Shown here: in pieces, positions 8,190 through 18,651 of the stretch | Position numbering within the stretch: the first letter of the stretch is position 1 | Layout: every line of letters begins with the position of its first letter | Source of the DNA: an uncultured Chloroflexia bacterium | Lineage (GTDB): Bacteria > Chloroflexota > Limnocylindria > QHBO01 | Assembly: GCA_963825525.1 (NCBI GenBank) | Contig: CAWGTN010000002.1 | Span: 448,001 to 512,000, forward strand | DNA length: 64,000 bases | Direction: 5' to 3' | The notes under the pieces: model-generated | What the model saw: only the letters and a program-made list of their open reading frames with translations | What the model was told of the DNA's origin: nothing | Databases searched by the model: none | Translations under genes and position numbers: made by a program

Positions 8190-10814
8190 TCAGGCCGTCT
8201 CGATCCGACGGAGCGCCTCGAGCGACAGGCGCGCCGCCTCACGCAGGGCATCATCGAGCCGTGCCGTGTCACGCCCGCCGGCCTGGGCCAGCTCGGGCCG
8301 GCCGCCGCCACCACCGCCGATGAGCGGTGCTGCCTCCCGAATGATCGCGCCGGCATCGAATCCCTCGGCTGCCAGGTCCCGGCTGGCCGCAACGAGCAGC
8401 GAGGGCTTGCCGTCCGCGCCGCCGGCCGCCACCAGGACGAATCGCCCGGTCATGCCGCGAAGGTCGTCGGCGAGCGCGCGGAGCGCGTTCGCATCGGCGT
8501 CGGGGAAGGTCTCGACGATCACGCGAGCGTCACCGGCCTGCTGGGCGCCATGCAGGGCCGCCGCGGCATCCAGCCGCGACTCGGCCGCCCGGGGGGCCTT
8601 CGCGGCGCGCTCCGCCTCGCGCAACCGGGCCAGGAGCGCCTCGACGCGCTGTGGCACCTGGTCCTCCCGCTCCCCCAGCAGCTGGGCCGTGGCCCGCAGT
8701 GCCTCGAGCCGCGACCCGACCAGCTCGTCGGCAGCCTCGCCGGTCACTGCCTCGATCCGCCGCAGGCCGGCGCCGATGCTCGACTCGCCGGTGATCACGA
8801 ACTGGCCGATCTGTCCGGTGCTCGCCACGTGGGTCCCGCCACACAGCTCCTTGCTGTAGCCGTCGACTGACACCACCCGCACGGACTCGGGAATGTACTT
8901 CTCGCCGAAGAACATGTCGGCACCGAGCTCGCGTGCTGCGTCCATGGCCATCCACTCGGTCAGGACGACCGCATCTCGACGGATTTGCGCATTCACGATG
9001 CGTTCGACCTGGCGCAGGCTCTCGCGCGGCGTCGCTCCCGAGCCGGGAAAGTCGAAGCGCAAACCTTCGGGGCCGACCCACGAGCCGGCCTGCTTCGCCT
9101 GGCCGCCGATCACGTCGCGCAGCGCCCGATGCAGGAGGTGGGTCGCGGTGTGGTTGCGAGCGGCCCCCCAGCGGCGTGACACGTCGACCTCGGCGCGGAT
9201 GGGATCGCCGACGGCCACGTCGCCGGTCAGGACCCCGAGGTGCGCGATGGCGTCACCCGATCGCTGGGTGTCGTCCACGCGGAGACGTCCGTTGGGCCCG
9301 ATCAGCTCACCGCGGTCGCCGATCTGCCCACCCCCTTCGGCATAGAACGGCGTTCGATCCAGGATGACGGCGGTCGGATCCCCGGGCACGAGCGCCTCGA
9401 CTCGCAGGTCATCGGCGGCCGTCTCGTTCGGATGGCCGATGAACTCGGTCGGAATGGACGACATCTCCGGGTCCAGCCGGAGTCCGCCACGTTTCTCGCC
9501 CCGGGACCGGTCGCGCTGCTCGGCCATGGCCGCCTCGAAGCCCGCGCGGTCGACGCTCGCGCCGCGCTCGGCCGCGATCTCGACCGTCAGGTCGATGGGA
9601 AAGCCGAACGTATCGTGCAGCCGGAAGGCGTCGGCACCCGAAATCGTGGGGCCGGCTGCCACCAGCTCGTCGAGCCGGGCACTTCCCGCCTCGAGCGTCC
9701 GCGCGAATTTCTCCTCCTCGGCCCCGATGGCATCGAGGATGGCCTCCCGTCCCTCACGGACGTACGGGTACGCGTCGCCCATGAGATCGATGACCACCGA
9801 CGCCGTCTCACGGAGAAATGGCGTCGTGATCCCGAGCAGACGCCCGTGGCGCACCGCGCGGCGCATGATTCGGCGCAGCACGTACCCCGGCCCGTCGTTC
9901 GACGGCTTCACCCCTTCGCCGAGCAGGAACGTCATGGCTCGCGAGTGGTCGGCAACCACCTGGTAGCTGAATCGCTCGCTCTCGACGGTCTCGGGATCGT
10001 GGCCGATGAACTGCGCCAGTCGCTCGATGATCGGCACGAAAAGGTCGGTCCGATAGTTCGAGTCCACATCCTGCACGACGGACGTCAGCCGCTCGAGGCC
10101 CGTCCCGGTGTCCACGCTGTTCATGGGCAGGGGGGTCAGCGTGCCATCCGCCGCCCGATCGAACTGCATGAAGACGAGATTCCCGACCTCGAGCCAGCGC
10201 GGGCACGTCTCCGAATGGTCCGGGATGCACTCCGGACCCTCGGAGAACTCGACGCCGCGGTCGTAATGAAGCTCGCTGCACGGGCCGGAAGGACCCGTGT
10301 CGCCCATCCGCCAGAAGTTCTTCTCGTCACCCTCCGCGATGTTGCCCCACCGCACGACCCGCTCCGGCGGCAGCCCGATCTCGCCCGTCCAGATCCGGTA
10401 GGCATCCTCGTCGTCGCTGTAGACGGTGGCCGCCAATCGGTCGGGCGCGATGCCGAACTCCTTCGTCAGCAGCTCCCAGTGCCAGTGGATGGCCTCTCGC
10501 TTGAAGTAATCGCCGAAGCTCCAGTTGCCCAACATCTCGAACAGCGTCTGGTGGCGAGGCGTACGCCCAACCTCCTCGAAGTCGTTGTGCTTTCCGGCCA
10601 CGCGCAGGCAGAGCTGCGAGTCCACTGCCCGGACGTAGTCGCGCTTCTCCTCGCCGGTCAGCACGCGCTTGAACGGCGCCATGCCCGAGTTCACGAACAG
10701 CAGGGTGGGGTCGTCCACGGCGAGCAGCGGCGCCGATGGCACACGGGTGTGGCCACGCTCCTCGAAGAAGCGCTGGAAGCGCTCGCGGACATCGGCCGCG
10801 CTCATCGGCTGCAT
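8190..10814 (-). CDS. alaS: Alanine--tRNA ligase
   Basis: DPTLLFVNSGM, FEMLGNWSFGDYFK, TPFYAEGGGQ, NHTATHLL, ELCGGTHV, GGGGGRPELAQAGG. Confidence 0.98.
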   Translation of the reverse strand: MQPMSAADVRERFQRFFEERGHTRVPSAPLLAVDDPTLLFVNSGMAPFKRVLTGEEKRDYVRAVDSQLCLRVAGKHNDFEEVGRTPRHQTLFEMLGNWSFGDYFKREAIHWHWELLTKEFGIAPDRLAATVYSDDEDAYRIWTGEIGLPPERVVRWGNIAEGDEKNFWRMGDTGPSGPCSELHYDRGVEFSEGPECIPDHSETCPRWLEVGNLVFMQFDRAADGTLTPLPMNSVDTGTGLERLTSVVQDVDSNYRTDLFVPIIERLAQFIGHDPETVESERFSYQVVADHSRAMTFLLGEGVKPSNDGPGYVLRRIMRRAVRHGRLLGITTPFLRETASVVIDLMGDAYPYVREGREAILDAIGAEEEKFARTLEAGSARLDELVAAGPTISGADAFRLHDTFGFPIDLTVEIAAERGASVDRAGFEAAMAEQRDRSRGEKRGGLRLDPEMSSIPTEFIGHPNETAADDLRVEALVPGDPTAVILDRTPFYAEGGGQIGDRGELIGPNGRLRVDDTQRSGDAIAHLGVLTGDVAVGDPIRAEVDVSRRWGAARNHTATHLLHRALRDVIGGQAKQAGSWVGPEGLRFDFPGSGATPRESLRQVERIVNAQIRRDAVVLTEWMAMDAARELGADMFFGEKYIPESVRVVSVDGYSKELCGGTHVASTGQIGQFVITGESSIGAGLRRIEAVTGEAADELVGSRLEALRATAQLLGEREDQVPQRVEALLARLREAERAAKAPRAAESRLDAAAALHGAQQAGDARVIVETFPDADANALRALADDLRGMTGRFVLVAAGGADGKPSLLVAASRDLAAEGFDAGAIIREAAPLIGGGGGGRPELAQAGGRDTARLDDALREAARLSLEALRRIETA

Positions 10815-10895
10815 CGGTTCACCTTCATTCCACGACGAGAGCCGGCGACCCACCGGCTCTCGTGCGCGTGACGCTGGTCGGAGGTGGGTCGCTGG

Positions 10896-11153
10896 TCAGG
10901 AGGCCGCACCCTCGGATGCCGCGTCGGCATGCGTGTCGTACTCGTTGACCATCTCGGCGCGCGCCTGTTCCGCGGCGGCCTTGCCCTCGCTCACCGCATC
11001 GCCGATCTCGGCGCGCTTGCTCTCAACGAAGTCGTTGACATGCTCGCGCAGCTCGTCTCCGGTCTGTGGTGCCAGGATCAGCCCGAGCGCCGCACCGACG
11101 AGCCCGCCGATCACGACGCCGGCGAAGAAGCTACCGAATCCGGAATCCTTCAT
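10896..11153 (-). CDS. YtxH domain-containing protein
   Basis: FFAGVVIGGLVGAALGLILAPQTGDELRE motif. Confidence 0.85.
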   Translation of the reverse strand: MKDSGFGSFFAGVVIGGLVGAALGLILAPQTGDELREHVNDFVESKRAEIGDAVSEGKAAAEQARAEMVNEYDTHADAASEGAAS

Positions 11154-11521
11154 GTGTTCCTGTCGTCCTCGCGTGTTTCCCACGATTCTACCGATCCGAC
11201 CTCCGACCGTCGCGGGCCAGCGGTGATCTGCACGGTCTCGAGGCTGTGCTGGAGCGAATTCATGAGGTCACTCAGTCGGTCGAGCTTGACCGCCGCGTCC
11301 TCGCTCAGCACCTCGACATTGCTCGTGAGCTCGCGGGCGTGCGTCAGGATGGGGCGAAGCTCGGCGTCGGTGGTCTGGGCGAGGCGTCTCAGGTCCGCCG
11401 CCAGCGCACGCGACTCTCGCACGAGTGGGGTGGTCTGCCAGGCGAGATAGGCGATGGCTCCGCCCGCGGCCAGGATGCCGAGGCCGGCGCCGACGTTGAA
11501 GATGGCGAGCGCGAGATCCAT
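11150..11521 (-). CDS. DUF948/YoxC-like membrane coiled-coil protein
   Basis: N-terminal TM plus coiled coil; overlaps the YtxH gene as in yoxC-ytxH pairs. Confidence 0.6.
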   Translation of the reverse strand: MDLALAIFNVGAGLGILAAGGAIAYLAWQTTPLVRESRALAADLRRLAQTTDAELRPILTHARELTSNVEVLSEDAAVKLDRLSDLMNSLQHSLETVQITAGPRRSEVGSVESWETREDDRNT

Positions 11522-11554
11522 GCGCGGGACTCTACACCGCCCCCCGAAAGGTCA

Positions 11555-12253
11555 TCAGTCCGACTTGATGCATGACCCGTACAGCACGTAATGCCACCGT
11601 GGTGGCACCCAGGCGCAGACGAGGGCATCGAGCTTGGCCAAAGCATCGCGCTGGGCCTCCGTCCGACCGAGGGTGGCCAGCAGGCCAGTGGTGCGTGTGT
11701 CAACGCGCCCGAATGCGCCGAAGAGGGCAAGGTCGTCCGGGTACGTTAAATAGCGCCAGCCCGACGCCCACCGCACGTGCCGTCGGCGGAGCCAGCCGTG
11801 GACTGATGTTCCCCTCAGATTCTCCGCAAAGAGAAGCGCACCCCCGGGCCTGAGCACGCGGTGGATCTCGGCCACGGCACGGAGTTGGCGTTCGCGCGTG
11901 CCGAGGGCGCCGAGGACGCTCTTGAATATCACCAGGTCGAAGGAGGAATCGTCGAGACTCAGCTCGCTCACGTCCTCCGTCCGATACCGTATCCGCTGCG
12001 TGACGCCGTACCGCTCATGAAGCGCTCGAGTTGCCGGCCCGAACTCTTCGACGTCCGTGCATAGCACATCGATCGCTTGGTTGGCGAGCCAGAGGCTGAG
12101 ACCGCCTTGGCGCTCACCGACAGCCAATGCACGGTGCGGCGAGGATGCCTCGATGACCGACCGCCAGTGAGGCAGGACACGCTGCCACGTCTCGACGTCC
12201 CACTGGATGACATCGTGCAGCTCGCTGGGGCTGAGCGAGGCGCCTCCCTCCAC
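11555..12253 (-). CDS. Class I SAM-dependent methyltransferase
   Basis: ALAVGERQGGLS, DSSFDLVIFKSVL, EIHRVLRPGG. Confidence 0.85.
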   Translation of the reverse strand: MEGGASLSPSELHDVIQWDVETWQRVLPHWRSVIEASSPHRALAVGERQGGLSLWLANQAIDVLCTDVEEFGPATRALHERYGVTQRIRYRTEDVSELSLDDSSFDLVIFKSVLGALGTRERQLRAVAEIHRVLRPGGALLFAENLRGTSVHGWLRRRHVRWASGWRYLTYPDDLALFGAFGRVDTRTTGLLATLGRTEAQRDALAKLDALVCAWVPPRWHYVLYGSCIKSD

Positions 12254-12313
12254 CGTTGCACTCTACTCCGGACCCACCCCATGGGAAAGCCCGCACCACC
12301 GAGCAGCCCCGTG

Positions 12314-12586
12314 TCAGTCTTGGACCCGGATGGGCCCCAGTGCGGTCAGGAGCGACACCGCGAGCATGAGGAGCTGGGCACCCACCGAGGCCGCGACGAT
12401 GTGCATGTCGCCGACGTGCACGAGCTCGAGCCCGGTCCGGCCAGCCACCTGGTCACCGATCACGACCCCGATATTCGCGGCGACCGCGAGCACGCCCACC
12501 GATCGTCCCCACCGACCACGGATGGCAACGAAGACGAGCAGGTTGATCAGGGCCAGAAGCGGCACCCATACCATCCACGGTGGCAT
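12314..12586 (-). CDS. Small hypothetical membrane protein
   Basis: 90 aa with three hydrophobic segments, directly downstream of mnmA. Confidence 0.6.
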   Translation of the reverse strand: MPPWMVWVPLLALINLLVFVAIRGRWGRSVGVLAVAANIGVVIGDQVAGRTGLELVHVGDMHIVAASVGAQLLMLAVSLLTALGPIRVQD

Positions 12587-12595
12587 CAGCCGCCC

Positions 12596-13681
12596 TCAGC
12601 CCTCGGTACGGGTGATTCGACCCCCGCCGAGGCACTCCTCGCCGTCATACAGCACGGCCGCCTGTCCGGGTGCCGGCGCCCACACCGGAACCGACGTCTC
12701 GACGGCGAACCGATCCCGCCCGATCATCGTCATCTCGGCTGGCACGTCGGGTGCGCGATGTCGAATGCGGACGGAGGCCTCGAAGCGCTCCCCGGGTGCG
12801 TGCCCTGCGGTGAAGCGAGCGCCGTCGACCGTGAACGTCTGCTGCGCGACCTCGTCGCGCCGTCCGATGACCACGGTGTTCGTTGAGGGCTGGACCTCGC
12901 GCACGTACACCGCCTCGCCGAGGGCCACCCCGAGCCCGTGGCGCTGCCCCACCGTGTAGTGCGCATAGCCGGTGTGCGTCCCGACCCGCGCCCCATCGGC
13001 GTCCACGATCGGTCCCGGATCGCCCGCGTACCCGCGCCGTTCCTCGAGCAAGGCTCGGTAGTCACCCAGCGGGACGAAGCAGATCTCCTGGCTCTCCGGC
13101 TTCTGGGCGGTCGGCAGCGTGAGGTCGGTGGCGATGGCCCGCACCTCGGGCTTGGTGAGATCCCCGAGCGGGAATCGCGTGCGCGCCAGCTGATCCTGGT
13201 CCAGAACCCAGAGAAAGTAGGTCTGGTCCTTGTCGGCATCGGCCGCGCGCATGAGTCGCCATCGTCCGTCGCGCTGCTCCAGGCGCGCGTAGTGACCGGT
13301 GGCCACGTGATCGGCCCCGTAGGCGGCGAGGCCACGCTTCAGCAGCTCGTCGAACTTGATGTACTGGTTGCAGGCCTGGCAGGGATTCGGCGTCGCACCG
13401 TCGAGGTAGGAATCGACGAAGGCATCGATCACGCGCTCACCGAACTCGCGCTCGACGTTCAGCGTGAAAAACGGGATGTCGATCAGCTGCGCGACCCGTC
13501 GGGCGTCGTCGGCCGCATCGGGCGAGCAGCACGATCTGCTCAGCTCGTACCCCTCCGGAAGATCTGCGTGGGTGCGCATCCAGACGCCGATCACCTCGTC
13601 CTCGCCACGATCGCGCGCCAGCAGCGCTGCGGCAACCGACGAATCCACGCCACCGCTCATGGCGGCCACGATGCGGCTCAT
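12596..13681 (-). CDS. mnmA: tRNA 2-thiouridylase MnmA
   Basis: AMSGGVDSSVAA, TPNPCQACN, ATGHYA, KDQTYFL, ESQEICF, PGQAAVLY. Confidence 0.98.
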   Translation of the reverse strand: MSRIVAAMSGGVDSSVAAALLARDRGEDEVIGVWMRTHADLPEGYELSRSCCSPDAADDARRVAQLIDIPFFTLNVEREFGERVIDAFVDSYLDGATPNPCQACNQYIKFDELLKRGLAAYGADHVATGHYARLEQRDGRWRLMRAADADKDQTYFLWVLDQDQLARTRFPLGDLTKPEVRAIATDLTLPTAQKPESQEICFVPLGDYRALLEERRGYAGDPGPIVDADGARVGTHTGYAHYTVGQRHGLGVALGEAVYVREVQPSTNTVVIGRRDEVAQQTFTVDGARFTAGHAPGERFEASVRIRHRAPDVPAEMTMIGRDRFAVETSVPVWAPAPGQAAVLYDGEECLGGGRITRTEG

Positions 13682-14856
13682 GCCGTCACCGCCGATTTCG
13701 GCTGAACGCCGGGCACCGACCGCAACCGTGGCAGAACGAGAGCCAGGACACCGATTGCGGCGTCGATATCGGCCTCCGCCGTCTCAGGACCGAGGGTCAG
13801 GCGCAGCGAGCCGTGCGCCAGCCGCGGCTCGAGGCCCATCGCCAGCAGGACGTGGCTGGGCTCGGTGCTGCCCGAGGTGCACGCGCTGCCGGTCGATGCC
13901 TCGATTCCCTCGAGGTCGAGCGCCGCGACCAGGTCGCCGCCCTCGACGCCTTCGATCACCACGCTCACGTTATTCGGCAGCCGGTCCACCGGATGGCCGG
14001 TGATGGACACGCCTTCGAACGCAAGCAGGCCGTCCGTGAGTCGCCGACCGAGCGCACGGAGCCGGTCCGCATCCGCGCCGCGAGCTTCGGGATCGGCGTG
14101 CACCTGCTGGAACGCCGCGCCAAAGCCGACGATGCCGGCCACGTTCTCGGTGCCCGCGCGTCGCTGTCGCTCCTGGGATCCGCCCTGGAGCTGCGGGAGG
14201 AGCTGCGTCCCGCGGCGCACGAACAGCGCACCGACACCCTGGGGCCCGCCGAGCTTATGGGCCGAGAGGCTGACCAGATCCGCCTGCCAGGCGTCGACGT
14301 CTACCGGCTCGTGGGCTGCCCACTGCACCGCGTCGACGTGGAACCGCGCGCCATGGCCTCGGACGATCTCACCGATCGCCGCAATGGGCTGGGTCGTCCC
14401 GACCTCGTTGTTCGCCGCCATGATGCTGACCAGGGTTGTCCGATCCGTCAGCGCCGCGGCAACGTCAACCGGATCGACCCGGCCGTACTCGTCCACGGGG
14501 AGCACCGTGACCTCGAAGTTGCTGCGCTCGATGACCGCGGTGGCATTCAGGACGGCCTTGTGCTCGATGGCAGTGGTGATGATGTGACGCCCCCGCGCCG
14601 TCGCGGCCCACGCGGCGCCCTTCACGGCGAGATTGTCGGCCTCCGTGCCGCCCCCGGTGAACACGACCTCCCGCGGCTGGGCGCCGATGAGAGCGGCAAT
14701 GGACTCGCGGGCCTCGTCAATGCCCTGGCGGGCACGCCTTCCCGACGCGTGCAGACTCGACGGATTGCCGCCGTAGGTCGTCAGGTACGGGTGCATCGCC
14801 TCCAGGACCGCCGGTCGAAGGGGTGATGTCGCCGCGTGATCGAGGTAGATCGCCAT
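13678..14856 (-). CDS. iscS: Cysteine desulfurase (IscS/NifS family)
   Basis: YLDHAATSP, NPSSLH, HVDAVQ, SAHKLGGPQG, STGSACTSG. Confidence 0.95.
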   Translation of the reverse strand: MAIYLDHAATSPLRPAVLEAMHPYLTTYGGNPSSLHASGRRARQGIDEARESIAALIGAQPREVVFTGGGTEADNLAVKGAAWAATARGRHIITTAIEHKAVLNATAVIERSNFEVTVLPVDEYGRVDPVDVAAALTDRTTLVSIMAANNEVGTTQPIAAIGEIVRGHGARFHVDAVQWAAHEPVDVDAWQADLVSLSAHKLGGPQGVGALFVRRGTQLLPQLQGGSQERQRRAGTENVAGIVGFGAAFQQVHADPEARGADADRLRALGRRLTDGLLAFEGVSITGHPVDRLPNNVSVVIEGVEGGDLVAALDLEGIEASTGSACTSGSTEPSHVLLAMGLEPRLAHGSLRLTLGPETAEADIDAAIGVLALVLPRLRSVPGVQPKSAVTA

Positions 14857-14924
14857 CTGGACGATGATAGGCCGAGGTGGCGCCCGACGCCCGCGGCGCG
14901 CCCGACCGATATCAGGAGAGTGTG

Positions 14925-15305
14925 ATGATCATCCGAAGTCTTGACGAGATCGAAGGCACGGAACGGGACGTTCAGGGCGCCGGCTGGCGCGCCCAGCGCC
15001 TCATCCTGCGTGACGATGGGCTGGGCTTTTCGCTGTCGGAGACCACCGTCGACGCCGGAGTGGAGATGCAGCTGTGGTACAAGAACCACCTCGAGGCATG
15101 CTTCGTGATAGACGGCGAGGCCGAGATCACGGATCGTGAGACCGGGGCGGTCCATCGCATCGGACCCGGATCAGCCTATTCGCCCGAGCATGATCGGCAC
15201 ACGATCCGCGTCGTCTCACCGCTGCGCCTGGTGTGCGTCTTCAACCCGGCGCTCACCGGCCGCGAGGTGCACGACGCCGACGGCAGCTACCTGCCGGCGG
15301 AGTAG
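14925..15305 (+). CDS. ectC: Ectoine synthase-like cupin (solitary EctC)
   Basis: MIIRSLDEI.GTERDV, GFSLSETT, WYKNHLEAC, CVFNPALTGREVHD..GSY; AGGAG RBS upstream. Confidence 0.9.
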   Translation: MIIRSLDEIEGTERDVQGAGWRAQRLILRDDGLGFSLSETTVDAGVEMQLWYKNHLEACFVIDGEAEITDRETGAVHRIGPGSAYSPEHDRHTIRVVSPLRLVCVFNPALTGREVHDADGSYLPAE

Positions 15306-15310
15306 CGGAA

Positions 15311-15324
15311 GGGCTTCGAAGCCC
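15311..15324. terminator. Short palindrome after the ectC stop
   Basis: GGGCTTCGAAGCCC, 5 nt after the stop; no U-tract. Confidence 0.35.
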
Positions 15325-15504
15325 GCGTCGTCAGATGCGCATCGTGGCGGCGCTAGGCGCATCACGCGGACCCTTGCGCTCCGTTTTCGACCATATTCAC
15401 GCTCATCGGACCCTGGGGAGGATCGTCGTTCGCCGCCCTTCGGTGGCTACGGTCGCCAGGACGAGCATGTGACGACTCGTCGCCGGAATGCGTCGGCGGG
15501 CGCA

Positions 15505-15966
15505 TCAGCCGCCGATACGGATCGGCGTGCAGATGTTCGGCGCGGCGTTCCCGGTGCAGATGCGGTACTCGCCCGGCTCGGCCGTCTCGGGGATCGGCAC
15601 GCGGTCGGGACCCGGTCCGCCGACGCCGATGTCCTCGACCGCCAGTGGCCCCTCGTCTGCTGGATGCCAGGCTCGCTCCCACCCTGGCCCTGGCCCGTCG
15701 GAGAGCAGGTTGTAGTGGTGGTCCCAGGTGTCGCCGGCGCGTCGCTCGAGAACGAACAGGACACCCCTCGTGGTTCCTTCCGGGAACCCCAGCCCGACGA
15801 CGCCACCCGGTGCAACGACTGCCGGGTCGGCAGTGATGACGTCCGGCGCCATCGCGGCCTCGGGATCCGCGGGTCCGCGGGCCGGCGGCTGGTCGAGAAG
15901 CGTCGAGCAGGCGGTGAGGACCACGAGCGCGGAGAGCACGAGAGCGGCGGAGCTGAGGCGGGCCAT
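15505..15966 (-). CDS. Hypothetical lipoprotein
   Basis: Lipobox LVVLTAC; C-terminal Cys pair. Confidence 0.65.
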   Translation of the reverse strand: MARLSSAALVLSALVVLTACSTLLDQPPARGPADPEAAMAPDVITADPAVVAPGGVVGLGFPEGTTRGVLFVLERRAGDTWDHHYNLLSDGPGPGWERAWHPADEGPLAVEDIGVGGPGPDRVPIPETAEPGEYRICTGNAAPNICTPIRIGG

Positions 15967-16003
15967 GGGGGCAGGACGCTCGCCGCTGGTCACGGGTTGC
16001 CGT

Positions 16004-17800
16004 TCAGCTGTCCGTCACCACCCGAAGGCTGAGCTCATCGAGCTGCTCGGGAGCGATCGGCGACGGGGCGTCCATCATGAGATCGGCGCCCGACTGGGTC
16101 TTCGGGAAGGCCATGACCTCGCGGATGTTCTCCTGGTTGGCGAACAGCGCGGCCCAGCGGTCGATGCCCAGGGCGATCCCGCCGTGCGGCGGCGCCCCAT
16201 ACTCCAGGGCGTCGAGCAGCGCGCCGAACTGGTCGCGCATGCCCTCGATCGAGTGGCCCATCAGCGAGAAGGCCTCCTCGAGCAGTGGTCGCTGGTGTAT
16301 GCGGACCGATCCGCCGCCCAGCTCCCAGCCGTTCAGGGCAAGGTCGTACTGCTGAGCGCGAACGCTCCCCGGATCGGAGGTCATGCGCTCAACGTCCTCG
16401 GGAATCGGCGCACTGAACGGGTTGTGGGTCGCGTCCCACCGGGATCCATCAGCATCCCAGGTGAACATCGGGAAGCGGTGGACCCAGACATACGCCAGGA
16501 CCGATGGATCCCGCAGGCCGAGCCGATCCCCCATCGCCAGCCGCACATGCCCGAGCGCCTCGGCGGCGGCCATCCGATCCGCATCTGCCACGACCAGGAC
16601 GAGGTCGCCGGGCGAGGCCCCGACGGCGGCGAGCACCTCGGCCTCGTGGCCCGCCAGGAACTTCGCGGCCGGACCGTGGAATGTCCCGTCGGCCTGGACG
16701 CCCAGGTGGACGAGCCCCTTCGCTCCGTGGCGCTTGGCGAGGTCGATCAGCTCGTCCAGCTGCTTGCGTGAATAGTCGCCGCACCCGGGGGCGGTGATGC
16801 CGAAGACGGCGCCGCGGGCCGCGATCGGATCGGCGAAGACGCGGAAGTCGACAGCGCGCACGGCGTCCGACAGCTCGACCAGCTCCATGCCGAACCGGAT
16901 GTCGGGCTTGTCCGAGCCGTATCGGTCCATGGCCTCCGCGTAGGTGAGACGCGGGAAGGGGTCATGCAGGATCGGTCGGTCGGGGGTGACGGCGGCACTG
17001 ACCGCGATGGCGGTGCGCTCCACAAGGTCCATCACGTCGGCCTCGGCGACGAAGCTCATCTCCAGGTCGAGCTGGGTGAACTCGGGCTGGCGGTCACCGC
17101 GCAGGTCCTCATCACGGTAGCAGCGCGCCAGCTGGTAGTAGCGGTCGTAGCCGGCCACCATGAGCAGCTGCTTGAGCTGCTGCGGCGACTGCGGGAGCGC
17201 GTAGAACTGTCCCGGCTGAAGGCGGCTGGGGACGACGAAGTCGCGCGCCCCCTCCGGCGTCGAACGAATGAGGGTCGGCGTCTCGATGTCGACAAAGCCC
17301 TCCTGCTCCAGCGTGCGGCGGATCGCCCCCGAGAGCCGCGCGCGGACGAGGATGCGCTCCTGCATCGGCGGCCGGCGCAGGTCCAGGTAGCGGTGCTTGA
17401 GTCGCAGGGACTCGTCGAGCCCGGGCTGGTCCTCGTTGACGTAGAACGGCGGCACCTTCGACGGGTTGAGGATCGTGACCCGATCCACCGCCACCTCGAT
17501 TGCGCCGGTGGCCAGGTCGGCGTTGATGGTGCCCTCGGGCCGCGCGCGCACGACGCCTTCGACCTGGATCACCCACTCGTTTCGAGCCGGTTCGGCGGCC
17601 GCGTGCGCCTCGGCGGCGTCGTCCGCGTTCGTCACCACCTGGGTCATGCCATGACGGTCTCGCAGGTCGAAGAAGGCGAGGTGGCCGTGGTCGCGGCGAC
17701 GATGTACCCACCCGGCCAGGGTCACACGTTCGCCGACGTGCTCGGCGCGCAGCTCGCCACAGGTGTGAGTTCGGAAGGACGTGCTCATGGGAGCGGCCAT
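16004..17800 (-). CDS. aspS: Aspartate--tRNA ligase, probably non-discriminating Asp/Asn type
   Basis: RTHTCGELR, RRRDHG (His of ND type), RPEG, LPQSPQ, RDEDLRGDRQPEFTQLD, GAPPHGG. Confidence 0.97.
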   Translation of the reverse strand: MAAPMSTSFRTHTCGELRAEHVGERVTLAGWVHRRRDHGHLAFFDLRDRHGMTQVVTNADDAAEAHAAAEPARNEWVIQVEGVVRARPEGTINADLATGAIEVAVDRVTILNPSKVPPFYVNEDQPGLDESLRLKHRYLDLRRPPMQERILVRARLSGAIRRTLEQEGFVDIETPTLIRSTPEGARDFVVPSRLQPGQFYALPQSPQQLKQLLMVAGYDRYYQLARCYRDEDLRGDRQPEFTQLDLEMSFVAEADVMDLVERTAIAVSAAVTPDRPILHDPFPRLTYAEAMDRYGSDKPDIRFGMELVELSDAVRAVDFRVFADPIAARGAVFGITAPGCGDYSRKQLDELIDLAKRHGAKGLVHLGVQADGTFHGPAAKFLAGHEAEVLAAVGASPGDLVLVVADADRMAAAEALGHVRLAMGDRLGLRDPSVLAYVWVHRFPMFTWDADGSRWDATHNPFSAPIPEDVERMTSDPGSVRAQQYDLALNGWELGGGSVRIHQRPLLEEAFSLMGHSIEGMRDQFGALLDALEYGAPPHGGIALGIDRWAALFANQENIREVMAFPKTQSGADLMMDAPSPIAPEQLDELSLRVVTDS

Positions 17801-17835
17801 GGTAGCGGATGGCCGGGCGATATCATGCCTCGCCG

Positions 17836-18651
17836 ATGTTCCGTTCCCGACGTTCCCCGGCGTCCGAGCCGCACCCGCGCATGCGCGCGCTGCGGGATGC
17901 CCTTCAGCGCGCCGAGTCGGTCGGGCCGCTGCGCCCGGCGGTCATCGGGCTGGCGGCGGGGCTCATGGCCGCCTACGTCGCCGATGGGCTGCTGGCTCCG
18001 CTGCTCGTGACGCCGACACGTCAGCTGGCCGACGCGGCGGTGTTCAGTGCCGTCATGGCGCCTCTCTGGCTCCTGCTTCAACCCGCGGGTGTCCGGCGAG
18101 CGCATGACGTCATGACCTGGCTGAACGGCTGGGAGGCCGAGCGCTGGCAGGACGAGATCGGCCGCCGATTGACCGCGGTTCCGCGCGCGACGCCCGCGAT
18201 GATCGAGACGCTTCCCGACACGCTCGGGCTTCGGCCGCTGCGGGTCGAGCTGCTGGCCGTGACCGGCCGGCTCGACGAGGCACGCGAACGCCTGGATCTC
18301 CTCCCGCTCGACACGGATTGGCAGCGGTTCGAGCATGCGGCACTGGCCGAGTGGATCGCGTGGTGGGCGGATGAGCCGGGAGATCGCGACGCGATGCGCC
18401 GCCTGGTGGAGCCGATCCAGGACGAGGAGCGCCGCCTCGCCGCCCGGGCCATGGTCGCCGCGGCGGATGCGCGTCGGGCGGCCACCTCCGGCGGCGACGT
18501 GGTGACGCCGCTCGCCCAGCTGCGTGACGCGCTCGGCGATCGGCCGCGCCGCTACGCCTTCGGCTACACCGCCGGCGTGCTGCTGATGGTTGCGCTCATG
18601 GGCCTGGTGGCCGGCACCACGATCACGGTGGCCAGCGGCGTCATGCGCTGA
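17836..18651 (+). CDS. Hypothetical membrane protein
   Basis: Two N-terminal TM, a helical domain and a C-terminal TM; TATCAT -10-like hexamer upstream; start approximate. Confidence 0.6.
   Translation: MFRSRRSPASEPHPRMRALRDALQRAESVGPLRPAVIGLAAGLMAAYVADGLLAPLLVTPTRQLADAAVFSAVMAPLWLLLQPAGVRRAHDVMTWLNGWEAERWQDEIGRRLTAVPRATPAMIETLPDTLGLRPLRVELLAVTGRLDEARERLDLLPLDTDWQRFEHAALAEWIAWWADEPGDRDAMRRLVEPIQDEERRLAARAMVAAADARRAATSGGDVVTPLAQLRDALGDRPRRYAFGYTAGVLLMVALMGLVAGTTITVASGVMR

Noticed and set aside
15325-15504. Possible sRNA or small ORF between ectC and the lipoprotein gene
   Set aside because: No recognisable motif, RBS or convincing structure
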